Source: a virus
Taxonomy: Duplodnaviria > Caudoviricetes
IMG/VR virus record: IMGVR_UViG_3300021400_000130
Span: 64,001 to 128,000 of that record
Length of the DNA: 64,000 nt
Reading direction: 5' to 3' (one strand)
Position 1 is the first letter of the stretch; each line of letters begins with the position of its first letter. Under the pieces are notes generated by a model, which saw only the letters and a list, made by a program, of their open reading frames with translations, made no database searches and was not told the DNA's origin. Positions 55,767-64,000 of this stretch are shown in pieces. The position numbers and the translations under genes were made by a program.

Positions 55767-56780
55767 ATGTCGCTAGCAACAAAGTACAGACCAAAAACTC
55801 TTGAAGAAGTAATCTCACAAGGTTCTATTGTAAAGATTCTTAACAGGCAGATTGAAACAGGGCAGATCAAAAATGCTTATGTATTTTCAGGCGCTAGTGG
55901 TTGTGGTAAAACCACCTCTGCTAGAGCATTTGCTTCTGCTATTAACAAAGGCCAAGGATCTCCTATTGAAATAGACGGAGCATCTAACAATGGTGTTGAT
56001 AACATCAAGGCTATTATAAAATCTGCAAGTGAGAGAGCTCTTGATAGCGAATATAAAGTTTACATAATTGACGAGGCTCATGCTCTTACAAATGCTAGTT
56101 GGCAAGCCTTGCTTAAGACATTAGAAGAACCTCCTCTGTATACTATATTTATTTTCTGCACTACAGATCCGCAGAAGATTCCGGCAACTATTATGAATCG
56201 TGTAATGAAGTTTAACTTCAATAGAATTGGTTCAAAACAGATTCGAGATCGCCTAATGTATATTTGTAAACAAGAAGGTTTTACAGATTACGAAGAATCT
56301 TGTGATTACATAAGCCGTATATGTAACGGTGAGATGCGAGCAGGTATTGCTTATCTTGAAAAGTGTGCAGATTATAGTAAGAGTATTACTATAGAAAATA
56401 CACTTCAAGCGATTGGAAATTATTCTTATGACATCTTTTTCAATCTTCTAAACGCAGTTATTGATGCTAATGAATCAGATGTTTTAATGAAGATCGACGA
56501 AGTTTATAACTCAGGAAATGATCTAAAACTATTTGTTGAGCAGTTTTTATCTTTCTGTTTAGATGTCGATAAGTATGCTCTATTTAAAGATTATACTCTA
56601 ACTCAGATACCTTCAAGTATGCAATCAAAGTTAGAATATTGTGTTAATTTTGAAGGAGCACCAAAGTATTACAGCTACATTGTTGATAAATTATTAGTTC
56701 TAAAGAATATGTTAAAGAATGATAACAACCCTAGAACTTCTATTGATGTTGTCTTTCTTCAGATGTGTAGGTTGGTGTAA
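55767..56780 (+). CDS. dnaX: Clamp loader gamma/tau subunit
   Basis: LATKYRP, GASGCGKTT, IIDEAH, LLKTLEEPP. Confidence 0.9.
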   Translation: MSLATKYRPKTLEEVISQGSIVKILNRQIETGQIKNAYVFSGASGCGKTTSARAFASAINKGQGSPIEIDGASNNGVDNIKAIIKSASERALDSEYKVYIIDEAHALTNASWQALLKTLEEPPLYTIFIFCTTDPQKIPATIMNRVMKFNFNRIGSKQIRDRLMYICKQEGFTDYEESCDYISRICNGEMRAGIAYLEKCADYSKSITIENTLQAIGNYSYDIFFNLLNAVIDANESDVLMKIDEVYNSGNDLKLFVEQFLSFCLDVDKYALFKDYTLTQIPSSMQSKLEYCVNFEGAPKYYSYIVDKLLVLKNMLKNDNNPRTSIDVVFLQMCRLV

Positions 56781-57571
56781 TGTCAGGACAAGAGTTACTA
56801 CTAGAAAGAATTGATAATTATACACTTGATTCCTTTCCTCGCTCTGTAATACTTCTTGGTCAGAAAGGTTCGGGAAGACATCTACTAGCAGAGTATATTT
56901 CTATGAAACTTCATGTTGAGAAAGTTGAGATAAAAACTTCTGTCTCGTACGAAGATATAGAACAGTTTATAACAAGACCTCAACCGTATTTATATCTTTT
57001 TGATGCTTCTTTGCTATCAATTAAACAACAGAATGTTATTCTTAAGTTTCTTGAAGAGCCTCTAAAAAATTGTTATATCATCATTGTATGTGAAACAAAA
57101 CAGCAACTTCTGGATACAATTCTAAATAGATGTCAGATATGGACACTAGCAACATATACCCCACAATCACTTAAAAGTATGTTTCCGGAAGTAACTGAAT
57201 TCCAGCTAACTATTGCTACTACACCTGGTCAAGTAATTGATATTCTTAAAATATCTGACCAAAAGCTTCAATATATGAATGAGTTATCTGAAAAGATTGT
57301 TCACAGTATTTCAAGGGCGGGAATTGCAAACACACTTTCTGTAGCAGATAGATTCTATTATGGAGAAGCTGAAGACGGAAAATATAGTTTTGAAATCTTT
57401 ATAAAAATTCTTCTTAAGTGTATTAAGAAAGCAATTGTTGAAAATACAGATCCGGTATTTTATAACATATATTGTTTAACTTCCGAGCTGTATAATCAAA
57501 CATTTATTCCGAACATTAACAAGAAACAACTGTTTGAGTGTTATCTCATGAAACTGAAACTAGGTGTTTGA
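56780..57571 (+). CDS. holB: Clamp loader delta' subunit
   Basis: Degenerate P-loop GQKGSGR; QNVILKFLEEP; TILNRC. Confidence 0.75.
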   Translation: MSGQELLLERIDNYTLDSFPRSVILLGQKGSGRHLLAEYISMKLHVEKVEIKTSVSYEDIEQFITRPQPYLYLFDASLLSIKQQNVILKFLEEPLKNCYIIIVCETKQQLLDTILNRCQIWTLATYTPQSLKSMFPEVTEFQLTIATTPGQVIDILKISDQKLQYMNELSEKIVHSISRAGIANTLSVADRFYYGEAEDGKYSFEIFIKILLKCIKKAIVENTDPVFYNIYCLTSELYNQTFIPNINKKQLFECYLMKLKLGV

Positions 57572-58495
57572 ATGGATCTACAACAGATAAAGGCTTCCGT
57601 AGAGAATAAGAATTTGATAAAAGGTCTTGTAGTGTTTGTTTGCAAGAATGGTACTTTTATTCCTTTACAGTATTTAAGTTGGTACAGAAAAAATAACATA
57701 GAAGTTGAATATGTTGAAGATATTTTAAAACTTAAAAATAATTCAAATAGTCTGTTTGGATCTTGGGACGATACTTCTGATAAACAGTATGTGTTCTCTT
57801 GTGAATTGTTTGAACTTCCTGACGATTGTCTTTCGTATTTTCAAACAACAGATAAAAACATCTGGGTCATTTGTAATAAAGTATCTGATTCTGTTTCAAA
57901 GCAACTTAAAGAAAATATTGTTGTAGTTCCTAAGTTAGAAAAGTGGCAAATTGAAGATCTTGCATATTCAATGGCAGACGGAGCTGATACGGGAGACATT
58001 GAATATATATTAAAAGTTTGTGGTAATGACATAAATCGTCTTTATTCCGAACTTGAAAAGATTTCTTTATTTACTTCACAAGAAAGAAAGTCTGTTGTTA
58101 AGGATTTCATATATGATGGTGTTTTCAATGATCTTAGCCGATATACTATATTTGATATATCAAGTGCAATTATCAAAAAAGACATTCCATCTTTGAAAAC
58201 TGTGTATACAGAAATTGAAAATATTGATTGTGATCCTCTTGGCCTTGTAGCAATATTAATCAAAAATTTTCGTGATGTTATTTCTGTTCAGTGTACAAAC
58301 AATCCTTCAGCTCAATCTTGTGGAATGGATAGTAAGAAGTTCTGGGCAGTTAAGTATTCTTGTGGTTTCTATACAAGAGATCAACTAGTAAAGATTTATA
58401 GTATGTTAACTTCTGTTGACAGGCGTTTAAAGACAGGAGATATAACTACTGACATTATTATAGATTACATAATTACATATATTCTAAGTGTATAA
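57572..58495 (+). CDS. holA: Clamp loader delta subunit
   Basis: SLF motif, SELEKISLF, TIFDI, DRRLKTG. Confidence 0.7.
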   Translation: MDLQQIKASVENKNLIKGLVVFVCKNGTFIPLQYLSWYRKNNIEVEYVEDILKLKNNSNSLFGSWDDTSDKQYVFSCELFELPDDCLSYFQTTDKNIWVICNKVSDSVSKQLKENIVVVPKLEKWQIEDLAYSMADGADTGDIEYILKVCGNDINRLYSELEKISLFTSQERKSVVKDFIYDGVFNDLSRYTIFDISSAIIKKDIPSLKTVYTEIENIDCDPLGLVAILIKNFRDVISVQCTNNPSAQSCGMDSKKFWAVKYSCGFYTRDQLVKIYSMLTSVDRRLKTGDITTDIIIDYIITYILSV

Positions 58496-58506
58496 AGGAG
58501 AAGTTT

Positions 58507-58824
58507 ATGGATAAAATCGCTCGTCATGAAGAAATTACTAAGGGTCTAACAGAGTTGTATTGCTCAAAGAATGCAGATTACGGGGACAGTGTTCACAATA
58601 CATATAAGAGATACGGTCTAACTTCTTTTCTTGTTAGAATGGAAGATAAATTAAACAGAGTTTATTCTCTTACTAGAAAGCCTCAGGAAGAACAAAAAGT
58701 AAAGGATGAATCTATTCGGGACACTCTTCTTGATCTGGCAAACTATGCTATTATTGCTGTTGTTGAATTAGACGAGGAGAAAGCAAAGCTCACAAGTTAC
58801 GGTTCCGATATTAATAAGGAGTAA
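58507..58824 (+). CDS. DUF1599 / nucleotide-modification-associated domain protein
   Basis: KNADYGDS...RMEDKLNR...ESIRDTLLDLANYAI. Confidence 0.75.
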   Translation: MDKIARHEEITKGLTELYCSKNADYGDSVHNTYKRYGLTSFLVRMEDKLNRVYSLTRKPQEEQKVKDESIRDTLLDLANYAIIAVVELDEEKAKLTSYGSDINKE

Positions 58825-58825
58825 T

Positions 58826-59893
58826 ATGCGTATTCTTCTATTTAGTGATGTTCATTGGTCCACATATTCTTCTATTGTAAGAGCAAGAGGACAAAAATAT
58901 TCACTCCGTTTAGAAAACCTCATAAATTCTATGAACTGGGTAGAGGAGTGTGCAAAAGAATACGGATGTAAACAAGTAATCTGTTTAGGTGACTTCTTTG
59001 ATAAAGCAGAACTTGATGCAGAAAGTATTACCGCACTTAATGATATTCAGTGGAGTTCAATTCCTCATACATTTCTTGTGGGAAATCATGAAGTAAATTC
59101 TGCTGATTTGAAATACAGTACTGCTCATCTGTTTAATCTAAAAGACAGTAAAGTTATAAATACTCCTTGCATTGAAGAACTCGCAGATTGTCAGATTTTA
59201 TATCTCCCTTATTATCTTGAGAAAGATAGACCTAGCCTAACAGAGCTGTTTAAAGATAGAGACCCTTCTGCAAAGAAGCTCCTGTTGAGTCATAATGATA
59301 TAAAAGGAATAAACTACGGAAAGTTTATTTCTAAAGAAGGGTTTTCTGTATCAGAAATAGAATCTGTCTGTGATATATGCGTTAATGGTCATCTTCATAA
59401 TGAAAGTCAGGTTACTAGTAAGATTAGAAATATCGGTAATCTGACAGGGCAGAATTTTTCAGAAGATGCTTTTCACTACGGTCATAAGATTGTTATTGTT
59501 GATACTTATGAGTGGAAGTTTTATATATTGCAGAATCCATTTGCTTTCAATTTTTATAAGTTAGAACTTGTGGATGATTGGAATATAGATGACTTGAATC
59601 GTCTTTGTGCTAGTCTTAAGAATAATTCTATCCTGACGGTGCATTGTAAACAAGATGACGGTTACCAATGTTTAAGGGCAAGGTTTGATCCTAAGTGGCC
59701 TGACAATGGATTTCCGAAATGCTCGAATGTACTTGTTAGTAAATTCATTGTTGAGAGGCCAAGAAGTGAAAACAGTCCTACTGAGGAAATATCATTTTCA
59801 GTTGACCACTTGAACCAGTTCAAGGAATATATACTTGAAAATATTGGTTCGGACGATGTTACGCTATCTGAACTTCAGGAGATTTGTAAATGA
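58826..59893 (+). CDS. SbcD/Mre11-like nuclease
   Basis: SDVH, GDFFD, GNHE, SH, GHLH metallophosphoesterase motifs. Confidence 0.85.
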   Translation: MRILLFSDVHWSTYSSIVRARGQKYSLRLENLINSMNWVEECAKEYGCKQVICLGDFFDKAELDAESITALNDIQWSSIPHTFLVGNHEVNSADLKYSTAHLFNLKDSKVINTPCIEELADCQILYLPYYLEKDRPSLTELFKDRDPSAKKLLLSHNDIKGINYGKFISKEGFSVSEIESVCDICVNGHLHNESQVTSKIRNIGNLTGQNFSEDAFHYGHKIVIVDTYEWKFYILQNPFAFNFYKLELVDDWNIDDLNRLCASLKNNSILTVHCKQDDGYQCLRARFDPKWPDNGFPKCSNVLVSKFIVERPRSENSPTEEISFSVDHLNQFKEYILENIGSDDVTLSELQEICK

Positions 59894-61773
59894 TTATTAA
59901 ATTCAATAGTATTCGTCTGAGTAACTTTATGAGTTTCAATGATGAGACTGTTAAACTTGACGATCTTGGATATACTCTTGTTTCTGGAAGAAATGAAGCT
60001 GTAGAAGATTCTGCTTTAAGTAATGGCTCAGGAAAAAGTTCTCTTTGGGAAGGAATTGTATGGGCTTTAACTGGAGAAACTATTAGAGGAAATAAGAATG
60101 TTGTAAACATCTTTGGAAATGACGGTGCAGTTGTTGCACTTGATTTTGATGTTGATTCAAACCACTTTACTATTCAGCGGTCAAAAGATCATAGTAAGCT
60201 AAAGAGTTCTCTAACAATCTTTTTGAATGGAACAGATGTTTCTGGAAAAGGAATTAGAGATAGCGAAGCAATTTTAAAACAGTATCTGCCAGATTTAACT
60301 AGTTCTTTATTGAGTAGTGTTATTATTCTTGGTCAAGGTCTTCCTCAACGATTTTCAAATAATACCCCTTCGGGAAGAAAACAAGTACTTGAAGAGCTTT
60401 CAAAATCTGATTTCATGATTGAAGATCTAAAACAGCGTATCTGTAGCAGAAAGACTGTTTTGTCTGATTCTGTTCAAGATATACAAAAGAAGGCTTTATC
60501 TGAGAATACCAAGAGGGACATTTTCGTTAAACAGCTACAAGAAGCAAAAGAAAAACTTTCAAGTTATTCAGACGATAATATTCACTCTTTTGAAAAAGAT
60601 GTTCTTGATCTACAAAAAGAAAAAGAACAGGTTGAAGACAAACTAGAAAAACTTAGTAAGATAATCGACTCAAAAGAGAAAGACATTTCAGCTCTTCATG
60701 AAGAATTCTATGCAAAGAAGTCTGAAAGTACTTCAAAAGTAGCAGAAGTTACTTCTAAATATTCTGAAAAACTTACAGAAGTTACAGTTAAGATTTCATC
60801 CTTGCAACTGAAGGAAACTTTGGAAAAGAAAGAACTTTCTAGGCTGGAAAGCATTACTGATGTATGTCCTACTTGTGGGCAGAAATTAGTTGGAGTTACA
60901 AAGCCCGACACTACTTCTATCAAAGAAAGTATAAAACAGATAAGCGAAGAACTTCAAAAACTAAATAGTGAAAAAGTTTCTATAACTAATGATAAGCAGA
61001 AAAAGCAACAGGAAGTAGAATCCTCTTTTTCAGAAGTACTGAAAGAGATACAAAGGAAAAAGGATCTACTGTGTGAAGAGTTAGCAGAGGAAGAAAGAAA
61101 CAATCGTTCACTACTCTCAGAAAGAGAAAATGTTTATAAAAGTCTCCAAGAGGCAGAATATTTCCTGAGTGCTGCAGAAGCAGAAAGAAAGAATATAGAG
61201 CAGAAGATTAAAGAGCTTGTTTCTCAGATTGAAACTACTGAGGCACAGTTATTGTATTATAATAACGAAGAGGAAGATACAAAGAACCACCTCGCTGTAG
61301 TTAACAAGATGGAAACTGTTGTCAAAAGAGATTTTCGTGGATGCCTACTTAAGAATGTTATTGATTTCATTAATAACAGAGCTAAGATATACTCGGAAGT
61401 TGTTTTCGGAAATAACCTAATTGATTTCAAACAAGAAGGAAATAATATTTCAATCTCATTTGACAACAAAGAATATGAGTCTTTAAGTGGCGGAGAACAG
61501 AAGAAGCTAGATGTAATTATACAGTTGGCTATCAGAGATATGTTGTGTCGTCTAATGAATTTCTCAAGTAATATTCTTGTTTGTGACGAAATATTTGATG
61601 CTCTTGATATAACTGGATGTCAAAAAATTATAGATTTAGTCTCTACTAATCTTGAGGATGTTAGTAGCGTATTCATTGTTACACACCGAGATAATCTTTG
61701 TATTCCTTGCGATAATCAAATTACTGTTGTCAAGGATGTAAATAAGATTAGTCATGTTATACAGGAAACCTAA
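59890..61773 (+). CDS. SbcC/Rad50-like ATPase
   Basis: NGSGKSS, CPTCG zinc hook, LSGGE, DEIFDALD. Confidence 0.9.
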   Translation: MIIKFNSIRLSNFMSFNDETVKLDDLGYTLVSGRNEAVEDSALSNGSGKSSLWEGIVWALTGETIRGNKNVVNIFGNDGAVVALDFDVDSNHFTIQRSKDHSKLKSSLTIFLNGTDVSGKGIRDSEAILKQYLPDLTSSLLSSVIILGQGLPQRFSNNTPSGRKQVLEELSKSDFMIEDLKQRICSRKTVLSDSVQDIQKKALSENTKRDIFVKQLQEAKEKLSSYSDDNIHSFEKDVLDLQKEKEQVEDKLEKLSKIIDSKEKDISALHEEFYAKKSESTSKVAEVTSKYSEKLTEVTVKISSLQLKETLEKKELSRLESITDVCPTCGQKLVGVTKPDTTSIKESIKQISEELQKLNSEKVSITNDKQKKQQEVESSFSEVLKEIQRKKDLLCEELAEEERNNRSLLSERENVYKSLQEAEYFLSAAEAERKNIEQKIKELVSQIETTEAQLLYYNNEEEDTKNHLAVVNKMETVVKRDFRGCLLKNVIDFINNRAKIYSEVVFGNNLIDFKQEGNNISISFDNKEYESLSGGEQKKLDVIIQLAIRDMLCRLMNFSSNILVCDEIFDALDITGCQKIIDLVSTNLEDVSSVFIVTHRDNLCIPCDNQITVVKDVNKISHVIQET

Positions 61774-62590
61774 TAACCTAAAATATACGACAATGGCGAT
61801 GTATATTGATGAGAATATATATAAGCCTGAGCATAATCAAGAAATAATCTATAAGTATTTATATTTCTTAGCAATAATGCTTTCGCACAAAGGGAATCTT
61901 TTTAATATAGAAGAAGAATACGAACAGTTTGCGATCTACTATGCTTCTCAGCTGTATTTGAGATTAACAAACAAGAAACAGTTTGAATATAATGATAACG
62001 GCGAGCCCAAACTGAAAAGAATAAAAAGTATTCTTAATTATATGAAGAGTACAATAAGTCAAAGGGCAGCTGAATTTGACAAGTATGAATATGAAAATAA
62101 TTCTGGTCAGTTACCTGAAGACGTTATTGGTGAATATTCGTTTCGTCAGTTAGTTTCAGAATCTACTGACTCGCTTAGTAGAGTAGAGTTTGAATCTTGT
62201 TTAGGAGATATTATAACGGGATTAAGAGCATATCTAGAACACATTCCGTATAAGAAAAATAGCGTATTATACACTAATATATATTTAAGTTGTCTTTTAA
62301 GTTTTTTAAATTCCATTGTTCTTGATAACAAGAGTTTACGAAAATTTTGTTCCGCATCTTCTATATCTCCAGATCAATTAGAAATGTTGTATAGGAAGCA
62401 AAATAAAGATTTTGTTATATTGTTTCATCTTCCAACAGAGATGAAGGGTTATATTCAAACTTTAACAAATGGTATGAAACATTTTATAGCGGAAGATTTA
62501 TCCTGGCAAGGAAGGGACTATATATCATCTCATTCAAATATGTTATCTCTACTAGCAAATAGTATAAACAATAATGAAGGAACGGAATAA
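61754..62590 (+). CDS. Hypothetical protein (possible transcription regulator)
   Basis: Coupled ORF; no motif recognised firmly. Confidence 0.5.
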   Translation: MLYRKPNNLKYTTMAMYIDENIYKPEHNQEIIYKYLYFLAIMLSHKGNLFNIEEEYEQFAIYYASQLYLRLTNKKQFEYNDNGEPKLKRIKSILNYMKSTISQRAAEFDKYEYENNSGQLPEDVIGEYSFRQLVSESTDSLSRVEFESCLGDIITGLRAYLEHIPYKKNSVLYTNIYLSCLLSFLNSIVLDNKSLRKFCSASSISPDQLEMLYRKQNKDFVILFHLPTEMKGYIQTLTNGMKHFIAEDLSWQGRDYISSHSNMLSLLANSINNNEGTE

Positions 62591-62964
62591 TGCGTGTAAA
62601 AGAAGATCTAGCAAAACTAAATGAAGTAGACACTTATTCTCTTATTCTGTTTGTGCTATACAGATTAAGAGGTGTTCCTGAGTACTCTGCTATAAGTGAA
62701 TTAGCTTATGTACTTGACAAAAACAATCTATTAAGACTACTTGAATATTTTGGTGGACTTACAATTACAATTCCAACAGTAGAAGAATTAGAGGAAATTG
62801 TTCAATCTTTATTACTGTATCAATACATAGATATTGATGGTAAATCCTTTGAAGAAGCTCTGAAGTTAGTTGGTAAGAAAACAACTGACATCAGAATTGT
62901 AAAGAGAAATTACAGTAAGATTAAAGAAATACTAGAACAATATAGTTTTATCAATGGATCTTAA
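62590..62964 (+). CDS. Possible Mor/C-like transcription activator
   Basis: LLEYFGGLTITIP resembles the Mor-family FGG..IYIP motif. Confidence 0.4.
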   Translation: MRVKEDLAKLNEVDTYSLILFVLYRLRGVPEYSAISELAYVLDKNNLLRLLEYFGGLTITIPTVEELEEIVQSLLLYQYIDIDGKSFEEALKLVGKKTTDIRIVKRNYSKIKEILEQYSFINGS

Positions 62965-63145
62965 TATAATACTTAAAGATTTACAAAAGTATAAAAGAAG
63001 TAAGGATACGTTACTTCCTATGTATATTCAACTAAGGTTAGACAAATCGTTAGTAACATATTACAAACAATTAGCTTCAAGTATTAAGTACTATGATAAG
63101 AAAGACGAATTAAAGATACTAAAGAACTTAGGGGGCACAAAATGA
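62954..63145 (+). CDS. Hypothetical protein
   Basis: Overlap-coupled ORF. Confidence 0.5.
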   Translation: MDLNIILKDLQKYKRSKDTLLPMYIQLRLDKSLVTYYKQLASSIKYYDKKDELKILKNLGGTK

Positions 63146-63468
63146 CTGACCTTATTGAAGATCTAAAAACACTGACCACTATACCAAGATCCGCACTAGA
63201 ACAGTTACAAGAGAAGTCTGAATCTATTATTTGTCATTCCTTATTTGAGTCAAGACAGAATGGTGAATCTATTACAGAAATTGATCTTGGTATTGGTTAT
63301 TTAAATATACTTAATGAAGGGGATTACATAAAGTATAAGTTTATACCCTCTTCTAGGCTCGAAAAGAAGCTCATTGAAGCTACAAAATCAGATTATAGCC
63401 CGTTAACTACAGAAGTAGAATCTGCACTCAAGTCAAAGGTAATGGATGTGTATAAAAATCTTTTCTGA
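63142..63468 (+). CDS. Hypothetical protein
   Basis: ATGA overlap; GGGGG RBS-like sequence. Confidence 0.55.
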   Translation: MTDLIEDLKTLTTIPRSALEQLQEKSESIICHSLFESRQNGESITEIDLGIGYLNILNEGDYIKYKFIPSSRLEKKLIEATKSDYSPLTTEVESALKSKVMDVYKNLF

Positions 63469-63478
63469 GGACATTGTT

Positions 63479-63976
63479 ATGAATGAAGAACCAAAAGAGC
63501 AAGAAATAACTGAAAAGTTTTTAACTGAGACTGACCCGAAAGAGTTGCAATCTATTGTTGATTTGTTCAATCTTAACTTACGCAAAAAGAATATGTTAAG
63601 AACAACACGAATCAGCGAGATTCAAGATAACATTGTAAATCAGATATTTGAACGGGTCAATTCAAGACCAGATGAATTTAGTAATACTGATCTTATAAAT
63701 TACTTTAAAGTAATGCAGGAAACTCTACTTAAGAATCCAGCCGAAGGGGAACTACCTCAGATACACATCAATCAGAATAACCAAGTAAATATCAGTGTAG
63801 ACAATGAAGGTCTTGATAGAATGTCACGAGAAAGAGTTGCTAATGCAATCCGTAATATTCTTAATCAAGCTAAAGGAGAGTTGATTTCTACTGATAATAA
63901 CGGTATAATTAATACTGATGAGCCAGAAATTATAGAATCGGAGGATATTCCTTTTGAGTTACAACACGAAGAATGA
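63479..63976 (+). CDS. Hypothetical protein, possible terminase small subunit
   Basis: GAGGA RBS before ATG 63479; helical core followed by IHINQNNQVNI. Confidence 0.35.
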   Translation: MNEEPKEQEITEKFLTETDPKELQSIVDLFNLNLRKKNMLRTTRISEIQDNIVNQIFERVNSRPDEFSNTDLINYFKVMQETLLKNPAEGELPQIHINQNNQVNISVDNEGLDRMSRERVANAIRNILNQAKGELISTDNNGIINTDEPEIIESEDIPFELQHEE

Positions 63977-64000
63977 TAACAACCAGATAAACGAATTTAT

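Overview
This is a 64 kb segment of a large, AT-rich, contractile-tailed (myovirus-like) dsDNA phage. Firmicutes-type GGAGG RBSs and sigma-A-type promoters suggest a Bacillota host. All credible genes lie on the + strand. Positions 1-32.7 kb hold the virion module: neck, sheath, tube, a frameshifted tail chaperone, tape measure, hub with two peptidoglycan hydrolases, a 2187-aa repeat-built spike/fibre, and baseplate wedges. Positions 32.9-64 kb hold the early/replication module: SNF2 helicase, Pnk-HD, DnaC/DnaB/DnaG, SSB, family A polymerase, beta clamp with a complete gamma/delta/delta' loader, RecA, two resolvases and SbcCD. Three features stand out. (1) The polymerase is split into two genes at a degenerate Hint (intein-like) insertion. 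Its catalytic motif A is also interrupted by TCT-TAG-TCT, so only removing or skipping exactly 6 nt restores DFSQQEPR. This points to a programmed ribosomal stop-hop or a micro-intron at the replicase active site. (2) Directly downstream is a candidate 7-deazaguanine salvage and modification island: a riboswitch-like leader, a YhhQ/VUT transporter, an SGNH hydrolase, a DpdA/TGT-like enzyme and an atypical SDR. No de novo preQ0 synthesis genes are seen in the window. (3) A siphophage-type host-specificity/DUF859 module appears grafted onto a myophage spike N-terminus. All family assignments come from motif recognition by eye; no searches were run.
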